From Chrysemys picta bellii (Eukaryota), in assembly GCF_011386835.1 (NCBI RefSeq), contig NC_088799.1, forward strand, positions 99,076,001-99,140,000: a stretch of 64,000 bases of DNA, read 5' to 3'. The position numbers and the translations under genes are program-made. The notes below the pieces were generated by a model that worked only from the letters and a program-made list of their open reading frames with translations, did no database searches and was not told the DNA's origin. Positions within the stretch are counted from its first letter, which is position 1. Each line of letters opens with the position of its first letter. Shown here piece after piece: positions 1 through 12,025 of this stretch.

Positions 1-723
1 AAAGCCCCCCAAACAATGAAACCAGGATGAAATTAAAATCCATCTCTTCTGACCAAATTCCACATCTGAGGAGGCCAACTGAAATAATGTATTTTAAAGG
101 CATTAGAAAGTTATTTCATTAGCACTAACTCTCGCTTGTAGAAAAACACCGTTACACTGAAACAATTCAGCAAAGTTTGATTGCCTCTAAAGCACCAGTG
201 GTAGGTTATTTGAGTCGGCAGCTACGGTGTGAGTTTTTGTTACTTGCTTTCAGTCCCTACATATGTTGGTCAAGGGGACTTTATTTAGCTTTCAAACTGG
301 ATAAGCAAAACTTCCATTAAATTAACTGAGCCATTCATAAGAATGAGCTAAATGAGTTTTACAAGGCTGGCTTTGAACAAGGGAGTTTCCTTGATTATAA
401 TTGAGTAGATGGCCAACCTTTCATAGGCATGTTCACTAAAACAGCCCATGAAATGAGTTCTACATCTGTAATTCATTCACCCTAAGGTACAGTCATGCAT
501 CTCTTCTAGGGTATTTAGGTACTTCTCCCACACATATATTTCAGCTTCTGTCCTATTATGTTAAGAACAGAGCCAAATAATGTTCAGGGAAGATGAGCCA
601 GTTATTAGGATAAGCCAGTATAAGAGATCTAGAGACAAAGTTACAATAGAGTGTTATCGTCGCGATAAACTTGCACTTGAAATTTCAACGAGAGAGAGAG
701 CAGCCCACTATTAATAACCTTTT

Positions 724-1365
724 CATAGAATCATAGAATATCAGGGTTGGAAGGGACCTCAGGAGGTCATCTAGTCCAACCCCCTGCTCAAAGCAGGACC
801 AATTCCCAACTAAATCATCCCAGCCAGGGCTTTGTCAAGCCGGGCCTTAAAAACCTCTAAGGAAGGAGATTCCACCACCTACCTAGGTAACCCATTCCAG
901 TGCTTCACCACCCTCCTAGTGAAATAGTGTTTCCTAATATCCAACCTAAACCTCCCCCACTGCAACTTGAGACCATTGCTCCTTGTTCTGTTATCTGCCA
1001 CCACTGAGAACAGCCGAGCTCCATCCTCTTTGGAACCCCCCTTCAGGTAGTTGAAAGCAGCTATCAAATCCCCCCTCATTCTTCTCTTCTGGAGACTAAA
1101 CAATCCCAGTTCCCTCAGCCTCTTCTCATAAGTCATGTGCTCCAGACCCCTAATCATTTTTGTTGCCCTCCGCTGGACTCTTTCCAATTTTTTCACATCC
1201 TTCTTGTAGTGTGGGGCCCAAAACTGGACACAGTACTCCAGATGAGGCCTCACCAGTGTCGAATAAAGGGGAACGATCACGTTCCTCGATCTGCTGGCAA
1301 TGCCCCTACTTATACAGCCCAACATGCCGTTAGCCTTCTTGGCAACAAGAGCACACTGTTGACTC
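724..1365 (-). mobile_element. CR1 LINE, 5'-truncated 3' end (young copy)
   Basis: Begins with the reverse complement of the CR1 terminal (ATTCTATG)n microsatellite (catagaatcatagaat). ORF 879..1385 encodes the uninterrupted ORF2 C-terminus ([40 protein letters not shown]). Confidence 0.95.
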
Positions 1366-1419
1366 TGAGCACACTGATAAGCCAAAAATAAATCAGTAAC
1401 AAAAACATGCTATTTAGGA

Positions 1420-1660
1420 AAATTTATTACAATTATTTTTACTGTTGTGCCTAAAGGTCCCAACTAACACTGGGGTCCTGTTATGCTAGGCACCATATGC
1501 ACACAGAATAAGAGAGCCTCTGTCCGAAAGAACTTGCAGCGAAACCAGAAAAGACAGACAATAGGTGGGAGGGGAAATAGAGGCAGAGAGGGACTAAATT
1601 ACTTCACAAGGTCACACAGCAGATCAGTAGCAGAACTGGGAATAGAGGGAATGGAACAGG
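1420..1660 (-). mobile_element. MIR/CORE-SINE-like remnant with L2-like tail
   Basis: gaggcagagagggactaaattacttcacaaggtcacacagc and tgctaggcacc...aagagagcctctg resemble antisense MIR core and L2 tail; degraded. Confidence 0.5.
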
Positions 1661-2647
1661 GCCTGTGGGCTTTCACTTCCCTGTGCATCCAATTCCTCCC
1701 TCTCGCCTTGGGTTGCCAACAGTCCCTTACTACAAGGGATGTCTCTTATTTCTTCATCTCTGTACAAGATCAGGAGTTGCTGAGTACTGCAGAAAACAGC
1801 AAGAAATATGCCTGGCAAATGTAGGTGAGTGCTGCTAATTACTATTAATAATGATGATGAAAATAAATAATCATATTGGGAGGAGGAGTAGGGCCTGGGT
1901 GCTAAGAAAACAGTCCCTTATTTTTGAAATACAATGTTGGTGACCCTACTCTCACCTGATCTTCAGCATCTTTAACAAAGGACAGAATTACCTAGTAGGG
2001 CGTTTGCAAACCGACGCCCTCCTCTCTGTACATATTCACAGTGGGGCAGGACTGCTACCACAGCCTCAGCAACAGGGACTCTATAGGCACAAAGGTTTGC
2101 AAACCCACCCTTCTTTGCCCTTCATGAGATCTTCAAATGACCTAACAGCTGTTGCATCAGCTCCTCCCTTTGAACAAGGGGGAACAAAAATTAACCTCTC
2201 GGTTGTGGCCAAGGAATGTCTTATCTACTTCTGGCCCAGAGAAGCACTGGAAAAACCACCAGGGTTCTCCCCCTAGGGACAGCTGGGAGGCACTGAGCTG
2301 TCTTGGTGGGGGATGGGAGAGACAAGTTTGGGGTTTGCAATGGCAGGAGTAATGGGGAGGCAGGGTGGACCTATTGTTGGCTAGAGCCAGTCCTGACCTG
2401 CCCTATCTCCCTGTGACAAGAAACCTTCACTGAACTCCACTTCCACTTCCCACTCCGACCGTTTGGCTGGGAATTAGCATGGCAAGGGAAGTTGACTGGC
2501 TGTGATAGTGGAGCCCGGTGGTAGGATGGAGCAAACAGATGGCCTGGCAACAGTAAGGAGACGGATGGGGAGAGGAGCTAGATGAGTGCTTTGGATGGGA
2601 GCAGGATTAGGGAGATGGTCAGATCTGTTGTAGGGGGGGATGATCCA

Positions 2648-2715
2648 GGCCTGATCCAAAGCCCATTGACGTCAATGATCTTTTCACTGACTTCAGTGGT
2701 CTTCGGCTCAGGCCC
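2648..2715. mobile_element. Short palindromic MITE (Chompy-like, TTGAAGTCAATG-type core)
   Basis: Terminal inverted repeats ggcctgatccaaag / cttcggctcaggcc (12/14) and inner cattgacgtcaatg / cactgacttcagtg; family name from memory. Confidence 0.55.
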
Positions 2716-2890
2716 TTGGTGAGGGAGTCAGCAGCCAGTGGCCTCTGCCCACTCAGTCCTTGGCCTCTGACTGACACAGCATTAGTCCATTAGTGCTGAT
2801 TGCCATGTTAGCTGTGCACCATGAACACCTACCCACTAGGATAGGGACTGAGGCCAACAGCTCGTTTCACATAGCGAACCAAACGGGCGT
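2716..2890 (-). mobile_element. LF-SINE fragment (ancient DeuSINE-era SINE)
   Basis: gcccactcagtccttggcctct (2747-2768) and gaacacctacccactaggatagggactgaggccaacagctcgtttcacatag match the reverse complement of the LF-SINE consensus as I recall it. Confidence 0.65.
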
Positions 2891-2911
2891 CAGAAGTATC
2901 TTTCTCTCTCA

Positions 2912-2913
<2 letters not shown>

Positions 2914-2954
<41 letters not shown>
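2914..2954. repeat. (CA)20 microsatellite
   Basis: Uninterrupted CA run read directly. Confidence 0.98.
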
Positions 2955-2956
<2 letters not shown>

Positions 2957-4534
2957 TCTAGCAGGTAGCTTTATTTATATGTAAAGCATAGAGCCTCGTA
3001 TAGCACAAAAAGGTTCTGAGGGGCGAAATGAAAAAGAATGGATCAAAGGACAGTCTGATTGACCGTGTTCTGTAACGTTAACCGGACTGTCGTGCAGTAT
3101 TTAGTGCTGTAGATTTTAGCTGGGTATTTTTAATTCTCTCTTTGTTTCACGTCACTCTATAATTATGTGCTCAAACCTTATTCTAAATTTATCTTATTGT
3201 CGTTTTCTGGTAAAAAATACTGTGTACTCCGAACCACATGTCTATTTGCATGTATATGATGGAAGCAACGAGGAGTCTTGTGGCAACATTGAACCAATTG
3301 TCCTGAGGAAATAAAACAAAGGAAGCAAAGTTCAACAAACCAAGGTATCACAACAGGCCAGCGTTGAGGGTGTCATAGCTAACGCATGCTATCAGATTGG
3401 ACGGTAAAACAATGAATCACGCATTACCAGATTGCTGACAGTAATGCACAAAACACATTCGGATACTAAGTAATCGCTTTGGACTTTTGGAACTTACATC
3501 CTCTCCAGATAACAGCCCCAGTTTGTCTGCCCCTGGGGCCTGCCTTTTCTTCTTGGCCTGTGAGGAGGTGGGTGTTGGGTGGGGCTGGGGATTGGGTGAG
3601 GGAATCCATTCATTTGTGGTCTACGCATGTTGTCACTGGGTTACTTGATCCAATCTGGGGTTATTGAATGGACATATTTACGTATTTGTGCATTTTTAAA
3701 CAACTCTGGAGGGCTCCCTGAGCATTGGACAGCTGGTCGTTGTATTATAGTTTAGTAAAAAATGGAAATAAATAAACGTGGTACAATAACGGGTGGAGGA
3801 GTTTATCCTCACAAAATGTATGATACGTGTTACCCCTGTACTAACCTTTTGTGTGGGTGGGATGGAGGGACAAACACCCTTCCAGTTCCGTACACAGGGC
3901 CAGCTAAACAGGAAGAACACCAGCGTTTCAATGTGTGGATGAGAAGATGCTAGAGGGAGGCGGAGTCTCCATTGATTAGGCACCGGGGAACTTTTGGGGG
4001 AATGTAGAGCCTAACTAGAAGGTGTTATTTAAACTAGAGGCCAGGGAAAAACAGTGCATTCAAGGCAGACAAAGACATCTACTAGGAATGCCAGTTATAC
4101 AAACATAACAGAGTATCTAGTCATAAAGGAGACAGAAATTGTAGCCAAGCTAGAATGGGGCAGGTTGAGATTGCAGGGGGATATTCCAGAAATATAACAA
4201 GGCGTCACAATCAAAGTTAAATAAAAGCAGACAAATGGTCCTACAAACAACATAAACATCTCCATATTATATTATTATTTATTTGAATTTCAAAAGGGCC
4301 TAGAGAACCCAATTAGAACTGGAATCCCAAAATGCTAGGGGAGAAGCTTAAAAACAAAGATAGGATGCTTGGCAATGGAAGAGGACCGTAACCTAAGAAG
4401 CATTACATAAATATGGCAGAATGACAAAAATGAAAGGGATAGTGTCATAGTTATAGTATATTCTGGCACTGTTTCTTTAAAATTAGTCATGTGTAAGTCT
4501 GAGATTGTCACGAATAGGACACAGGCAACAAACA

Positions 4535-4655
4535 ATAAATCACGAAAGCCTGAGCCCTGCACCATGGCTGACAGCCCGAGCCCCGCCGCCCAGGGCTGAA
4601 GTTGCAGAGGTCACATAAAATCATGGAATCCATGACCTCCATGACCAACTCTCAG
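4535..4655. mobile_element. hAT-type non-autonomous element fragment
   Basis: aaatcacgaaagcc...aaatcatggaatccatgacctccatgac pattern typical of turtle hAT MITE interiors; no TSD seen. Confidence 0.35.
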
Positions 4656-4779
4656 GCTCATGTAGTCAACAGAGGGCATCCGGTGTAAGGGGTCTCTCAC
4701 ATGATGCAGGCACACTCAAGGTCTGCCTGCTCAGAGTCTGTAGGACTCTGTTTCTGTACATCTAACAAAGAAATTTGTG

Positions 4780-7050
4780 GTTTAAACTTCACATTCTAGG
4801 TTTCACTCTGGGTTCCAGAGGTTACAGAAGACTCACTAGCAAGATACTCTCAGCTGCCTGATCATGTTAAAAAGCACAACAGTACTATGAACTATCCAAG
4901 GAGGACAGACCAGAACATAGAGATGTGGGAGTAGCACTAAACTTAAAAGTTTCCATATAACACAAGGAGATATAGCATCTGATGGATCCATGAAGTATAA
5001 TCTCTATTGACACAAATCCCAAATCGGAGGAATTCCAATATACCAACAGGACGATAGTACCAGTCTCCAGAACAGGGCAATGATACTTAATACATAAGGA
5101 TGAGGAAGATCAAGGAGATAACTAAATGAAACTGGTTAAATATCACATCAGGACAAGGTTTAGAGAAGGAATCTCTCAGCATCTTAAGCTATTGTTTTTA
5201 AAACAGCTAAATCCTAAGCACACAAGAGGAAAGGCTATATTCTCCATGGAAACTTTGTCTTCACTGCTAAAAAAAGGTGTGTCTTACCATGAGATGACTA
5301 ACCTGCACTAGCTATTCCATTGTACAACCCTAGTAGAGACAAGGTAATGTCGTGTTCCTGACAGGTAAACTAGACACAGTCAACCAGGGGCCCCGAAGTA
5401 TAGTGTTAACCTTGCCTAGCTACCTTTATTGGCACCTTGCCTCCAGTAGGATTTTGCAGTAAGATAACTATTGTGCCTTCTTATTATTTATTTGTATTTC
5501 TGTAGCACCTACAAGCCCTAGTCATGGACCAGGACCCCTTTGTGCTCGGTGCTGTACAAATAAAGTACACGCTCCTAAGAGCTTACAATTTCGGTATAAG
5601 AAAAGAGACGACAGATGGATATAGATAAATGAGGGAGTACAAGGAAACAAGGAGACAATATTGGTCACATGATAGGCACTGGTCTCAGTACACCAGTGGC
5701 CTAACCGTTGTCAAGTTTTTGTAGGCATCATGGCAAAGGAGAGTTTTGAGGAGGGATTGAAAGGAGAACAATGAAGTGGCTTTGCCAATGTTTATGGAGA
5801 GCTCCTCTTAAGCATTAGTTATCTCTGAAATACCTTTTTAGCAGTGATGACAAGCCTTAGTCGCAGAGACACCCAGGAACTGATTGAAGAATTAACTGTA
5901 GCTGAGCCACTAATTAAAAATGTGATGGTATAATTAAGTTTAACATCCTTATGGGAGGGATTGCACCAAAAACTAGCAATGTGACATGAAACTTTAGCAA
6001 ACGAGTGGGGGAGGGAAGAGGACTCCTAAAATGCTGTGAAGTCAGAAGTGAGGAAATTAAAATCCTTCGACTCAGCATGGAGGCCACTTAAGCAACCGTT
6101 ACAGAGTCCCAGAAGGAATGCCTCGTCCTACACAGCACCAGCGAGTAGGAAAGCAAAACAAAATTAGCATGGGAAAACGGCAAGGTTCAAGAAGTAATTT
6201 AAGCCAAACAAGTAGCTTTCAAAAATGAAAAATCCAACTCAGGTGAAGGCAATAGAAAGGAGCAGCGCTTTCTGCAGGTCCTAAGCAAGGCACAGAAGCT
6301 TGCTGAAGAAGTAGTCCTAAGCATTTTGATAGCTGTGGTATCCATGAGAGAGCAACTAGCAGGGCTAAGAGGGAATCTGAGGAGCAAATAGTCGAAAATA
6401 TAAAACCAGATAAAAGTATTTAGCGTATCAGAAGCAGGCAGCACCAGAGAGATTCAGCAGGGCTGCTGGAGGAATCTAGGGAGCAGTTAAAGAGACGAAA
6501 GTCATTGCAGAGAAGAGAAATTATTTCTCTTAATCAGGCTTCATCACAGAAGATGTTGAGGAGCTACCTAGCCCAGACCTACTGCTTTTAGGGGGTACTG
6601 TGAAAAGCAGAGGTATCAAATGAAGAGGGACCGAACCTGATAAATTAAAGAGCAAGAGGTCACCAGAACCAGCCAGTCTAATCCAGAAGTTCGGAAGAAT
6701 GTTCTGTAGCAAAAGCTGTAGCTATCTGTTTAAAAAAACAACAACAACAACAAAAGTACTAGCAGTGATGTTAGGAATTCCAGACAAGGAATTCATCAGT
6801 CGCAGTTCAATCTAGTCTAGTCTTCAGTAACAGGCAATTTCTGTTAAAACAATAATTAAGGAGAGAATTATGAAAAACCTAGATGAACTTGATAGGACAA
6901 GGACTAACCAGCGCAGCTTCTGCAGAGGACAACTGTGCCTATCCAATCTACTAGAATTTTTCATGTGTGTCGACAAAACAATGGATAAAGGAGAACCGGT
7001 TAATATGATTTATGTGGACGTTCAAAAAATCATGCAAGTCTCTCACAAGA
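4780..7050 (+). mobile_element. Old degraded CR1 ORF2 (endonuclease to RT), with deletions
   Basis: Decayed RKDR...GVAL-type endonuclease motif near 4900. ORF 6870..7109 gives NQRSFCRGQLCLSNLLEFF...DKGEPVNMIYVDVQK, i.e. the CR1 RT motif NQHGFCKGKSCLTNLLEFF...DKGDPVDIVYLDFQK. Confidence 0.7.
5490..5830 (-). mobile_element. L2-like 3' fragment nested in the old CR1
   Basis: ttgtgctcggtgctgtacaaa...gagcttacaattt...gagttttgaggagggattgaaagg resembles an antisense L2 3' region and interrupts the CR1 homology. Confidence 0.45.
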
Positions 7051-8583
7051 GTGATGCAGCGTGCCTCACAGCACAAATTTCAGCCACTCAAACAATGACT
7101 GCAGTGTAGAATCTGGGCCCAATCTGCATCCCTGGCCTGCGGCCACTTGGCCCGAGTAGAGAGTAAAGCAGCAGTAGGGCCTACTTCCACCACTGGCATA
7201 AGCTCCATAACAGAGCTTTATATCAGCAGAGGATGAGGTATTGTTGAGCTTGGCTTCACCATGACCCGGCTTCCCCATTATGCTGGGGGTGGTAGGGCAG
7301 CTAAGAAAGGAGAAGGTGGCTACGCTGATGGAGAGTCCCATGACACAAGGGGACACTCCGGTTGGTTTAAGTCACTTTGTGCTGCATAAATGCATAACTG
7401 ACACTAACTCCACTTGGTGTGCTGGAAAATCCAGCCTGATCAACCTGCTCATTCCCACTCTAAACGCAAAAATGAGAAAAGTTGAAAGAAAAAACCAGAA
7501 CATTCAGATTTAAGGCAGAGGACCAGGCTCCAACCTGACAAGCAAGATGGTTTAATCCCAGAGTGGCATGAATGTTTGGCACTAGGACACCGTGCAGTCC
7601 TGTGTCCTTCATGCAGCGTAGAGGTTTTACAGATCAGAGTAACTCAGGTGACCAGGACAAAGGGAAGGTGAGTCACCGTGAATCACAGCTGCCACCAAAG
7701 GCAGGATGTCTGAGGTCAATAGATAGCTCTGCAGAGTCAGGGCAAAGCATTCCATGGGGCAGGCAGCCCATCTACAGAGGCATGGAATCAGTTGCATTAT
7801 CTGCAACTCCAACCCACAAAACTGAACCAACTGCTCTAGGGAAGGATGGTCACAAGGCACTGGATTCAGGCGATCTGGGTTCAAGTCCCAGCTTTGCCAG
7901 CCTCTCCTTGGACAGGCCACTTAGGCCCAGGTTTTTAAAGGTATTGAGGCATTGATCGGCTCAGCATGCCAAGGCCTAAATGACTTAGGAGTCTAAGTTG
8001 TCATTCTCCAAAGTGATTCAAGCACTTAGGAGCCCAAGTCTTACTGGAAGCCAGTGGAACATATGCTTGTAAGCACCTAAGAGGATGGATTATTCCACTC
8101 ATTGCCTTTTGGGGGAGAAAAACAAACCATCACCACGGCTGTAGCGGAAGGATTGTGCCATGACACCACACTTTGATACTCCAGTGGCGATGCTTGTCCA
8201 TCATCACTGCACTGGCAAGGACCTGTATCTGATACATGTGAGATCCTGTTCTGTCCCGCTCTGCTCCTTGCCATCTTCCTCCTGTCCTCTCTTGCTTGGC
8301 TTTTCAACTGCTCCTGAAATCAACTGTGCTGCACGGCACCAGCAGGGTGAGATGAAACAGCCCAGCCAGCTCTGCTCAGCCTGAGAAGGCCCAGTGAAGG
8401 AGAGGAACCTGACCAGACCAACCAGATATCACATCAATGTGGCCAGGGAGGCAAGCTGTGGGCCAGTGCAACAGCTGTTGTGGCCGACCTGCTGGCTCCA
8501 AAGCATCCATCCATGACCAACCAGCCCGAGGACATCAATAAAAGCCGTATTCCCCCGTCTTTACTATCCTATGCCCCTCTGCC

Positions 8584-8856
8584 ATGTACATTGGCCAAAC
8601 CGGACAGTCTCTACGCAAAAGAATTAATGGACACAAATCTGACATCAGGAATCAAAATACTCAAAAACCAGTAGGAGAACACTTTAACCTGTCTGGTCAT
8701 TCAGTGACAGACCTGCGGGTGGCTATATTACAACAGAAAAACTTCAAAAACAGACTCCAACGAGAGACTGCTGAGCTGGAATTGATATGCAAACTAGACA
8801 CAATCAACTCCGGTTTGAATAAGGACTGGGAATGGCTGAGCCATTACAAACATTGA
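8584..8856 (+). pseudogene. PLE GIY-YIG endonuclease, C-terminal half (truncated, mobile-element ORF)
   Basis: MYIGQTGQSLRKRINGHKSDI...VGEHFNLSGH...RETAELELICKL...GLNKD: YIG motif, catalytic Arg, His and Glu, terminal GLN; the GIY half is missing. Confidence 0.9.
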
Positions 8857-9048
8857 ATCTATCTCCCCTTGTAAGTATGCTCACACTTCTTATCAAACTG
8901 TCTGTACTGGGCTATCTTGATTATCACTTCAAAAGTTTTTTTTTCTCTTAATTAATTGGCCTCTCAGAGTTGGTAAGACAACTCCCACCTGTTTATGCTC
9001 TCTGTATGTGTGTATATATATCTCCTCAATATATGTTCCATTCTATAT

Positions 9049-9088
9049 GCATCCGAAGAAGTGGGCTGTAGTCCACGAAAGCTTATGC
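9049..9088 (+). ncRNA. Minimal type I hammerhead ribozyme motif in PLE pLTR
   Basis: Stem I gcat/atgc; core CCGAAGA plus extra A; stem II gtgggc/gtccac with loop tgta; GAA; palindromic stem III AGCT; predicted CUU cleavage after 9084. Confidence 0.75.
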
Positions 9089-11784
9089 TCTAATAAATTT
9101 GTTAGTCTCTAAGGTGCCACAAGTACTCCTGTTCTTCTTTTTACTATCCTGACTCTTCTTTTCCTTCTGTGTCTGGTTTGTCTAAAACAGGAAAGTGACT
9201 CTCATTCCTGACTCGGATTTGAACAGAACTAGCCCTTGCTTTCCCCACCAAGAAGGGCTGACTGAATAAGAGACTTTAACCAATATTTATTTTCTCCAGG
9301 TTTTGATTAAGTTTGTTTTGCATAACCAGGCAACTTCAATTTCAATGCTTTTTACCTGGCTTTGATTCCCCCCCCCCCTTGTGTGTGTTTCAATCGATAA
9401 CTCTCTAACTTTGGGCATTGATTTCCTGATGTGTTTGCCATGGTACTAAGCAGGCAGAGGTCTCTGGATACCAAACCCCAAACTTTGTTTAAAACTGTTT
9501 CAGGCTGGACCATTTCAGGATCATAACAACATCTTTGTCCAACTAAATTAATACCACAGAAAAGCACAATGTCCCCAGCTGCATCCTGACTGGGGAAAAA
9601 AAAAATCTAGCCACGGCATAGACCACGCTCATTTGAGCTTTAGTAATTGGTGTGGGCTTTTAAGTGATTATTTGTTGCATTATTCAAGAAGGGAGAGCAT
9701 GGTATTTACTGGATTACAGGCTACCTAGCTCCTTAAAGACACAGCACACTATTTAGAGCGGCTGTCACACTAATGTGAAACAACAGGGGTACATTTCTTC
9801 CCATACAGATTTTCTTCCTCATGTCAGCACAGTCCCTTTTGGAACCAAACAGCAGCAGTGTTTTGAAAATAGTGTTGAAGGGCGACAATAAAAAATTCTG
9901 CTCTAGGGAGAATCGGCCTACCTCAGATCTGCCATCTCCTTTCTGTCCCATCGTTTGTCCTGCAGAATTAGAGCTGGCCATAGTTCATTATAGTGTCACA
10001 TGCAAACTCGAGCTGAGAAAATACAATTTATTCTTGTGTGGGTGAAAGGGGATATTTCTTTCCCCACCATGTTGATTTCCGCACAAGTTAAAGGGCTGGT
10101 TCAAAGTCTGTCCAGCTGTTGCCATATGGCCAATTTCTGCTCTTAAAAAGGCATGTGCCCTCACACACCCCTAGTCCCAGGAAAGAGATCAAGGGAAAGG
10201 ATTGGAGCAGCTGGCAGAGAGGATCCCGGGATGCGGGTGAGTTGTGAAAATGACAGTTGTACAGGTATCATCACTTAAATGGTTGCAATAACCAGCACAG
10301 CGCGTTATCAGAGCTCCAGTGATGCTACAGAACATGCAGCACCTTCGTAAGACAAAAGAAAACCCTTTGGAGAAGAAGTAATAAGATGGGAACAATACCT
10401 AAAGGAAACTAGAAGGAGGGAGAGGAGTCAAGCTGCAAACAGCCCCACCTCTTGGCTTGCTAGTTAGATGACTTGAAGCCTTAGGAGCTATCATTTAAGC
10501 TAAGGGCTAGCCAGTCTGTAGCTGAGAAGCTAGGAGGGCAGTTATTCAAGATGATGTGTTGTGTTCCTATGTACTGTTAAGCAGTTGCTATGTTTCATCC
10601 CCAAATCGTTGCATTTCAAGAAAGTGATTTGTGTGTGTGTGAGAGAGGAATGCACCTTGGAACCCTTCTGCATGAACATCAATATAATGACATGCTTAGG
10701 GGTATAAACACTGAGGGTAATTTATACTTTGAAAGGCAGTAATTACATGAGTAGTTGGCAGACCTCTCCAGCTAGTTTAGATCACCATTATCTAAAGATG
10801 TCATCAGTGACCAGCTAATGGAAACGTGTCTCCCAGCACTAAAGGTGAATACACTTTCTCAGGCAATACATGGCAAAGCCTGGGTTGAACTTGTTCTAAT
10901 AGGCTCTTCAGTCAACAGGTTGGTTAGAGACAGAAAAGACCTTTCAAATCATTGAGTCAACACTCAAGAATAGAGGCAGGATCCAATCATTGCTAGAGGA
11001 CAAATCAGAAGTAACCAAACACGAAAGGAGTACGCTGTTTAGTTTTGCTGAAAGGAGTAAACAACAGATATTAGGCAATATTCTCAATGGTTTGTCATTT
11101 CACCTGAACCACTTGCTATACTGATAAATATTCAGATGAGATAATTTTGTATATTTCAGATCAAATTCTCTGCTGGCCTAACTGCAATGAATTTGGTGGT
11201 GATATACTGCTAGAGATTTTGGACCTTTGTGCGGTGTTCATGGAGTAAGCAGTATTTTACATGAATTTCTGATAAAAGCTGAGTGAATAACAAATTTCTC
11301 AGTTTGGTTGCAAAACAAAACAAAAAGGCAAAAAAAATTTGTTCAGGTCAAATGAATCATTTTGACATTTCAGGGGGGAAAAGTTTTTTTCCATCCAAAA
11401 CAATGTTCTGAATTCGACCTGAATTCACAAATAGTTTCAGTGCCCTCCAAAAATGCAGTTGTTAGTGAATTTACTATTTCCCCCCCCCCCCCAAATTGCC
11501 TGGCTCTATTCTGGATCCCTTATCAATTATTTCAAACATAGGACTAGTGAAGAGGCAACCCCTTTCCAGTATTTTCCTTTGCTGCACATGATTCTTGTGG
11601 TCAGCAATGCAGCCACCAGATCACTAATTGCCATCTGAACTTTGGGTGTGAGACCTTCCTTTGCTAACATGAACATGGGATATAGGTCCCTCTCTAGAAT
11701 ACGGTCTGAGACTCTGAGTTGGTCTAGGTAAAGCGACTTAGAGTATCCTGTTCTTTTGTTGGAACCGTCACCACGGCGCTGACC

Positions 11785-12025
11785 ATTGGCCAGATTCTGC
11801 TCAGAGTTACACCAGTGTAAATCAGGACTCTTGTGGAACTCAGTGGAATTACTCTAGATTTTAGAGTAACCAGATATCCCAAATTTATAGGGACAGTCCC
11901 GATTTTGGGGTCTTTTTCTTATATAGGCTCCTATTACCCCCCACCCCCTGTCCCGATTTTTCACACTTGCTGTCTGGTCAGCCTACTAGATTTACACTGA
12001 TGTAATAGAGCAAAATTTACCCCAG
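11785..12025. mobile_element. Palindromic Chompy-like MITE split by a hAT MITE
   Basis: ggccagattctgctcagagttacaccagtgtaaatc ... gatttacactgatgtaatagagc: inverted halves on either side of the 11862-11985 insert. Confidence 0.5.
11862..11985. mobile_element. hAT (Blackjack, MER81-like) MITE, 124 bp
   Basis: TIR tagagtaaccaga / tctggtcagccta; perfect 8-bp TSD CTAGATTT. Confidence 0.9.

Larger units (their letters stand above)
8571..9139 (+). mobile_element. Penelope-like element, 5'-truncated (GIY-YIG C-terminus plus pLTR), recent
   Basis: Perfect 11-bp TSD TTTACTATCCT at 8560-8570 and 9140-9150; GIY-YIG ORF end followed by a pLTR ending gtgccacaagtactcctgttcttcttt. Confidence 0.95.

Noticed and set aside
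2667-2674. Perfect CRE palindrome TGACGTCA
   Set aside because: It is a one-base variant of the TGAAGTCA core of a common palindromic MITE.
2793-2984. ORF with an HT repeat
   Set aside because: Translation of the (CA)n microsatellite.
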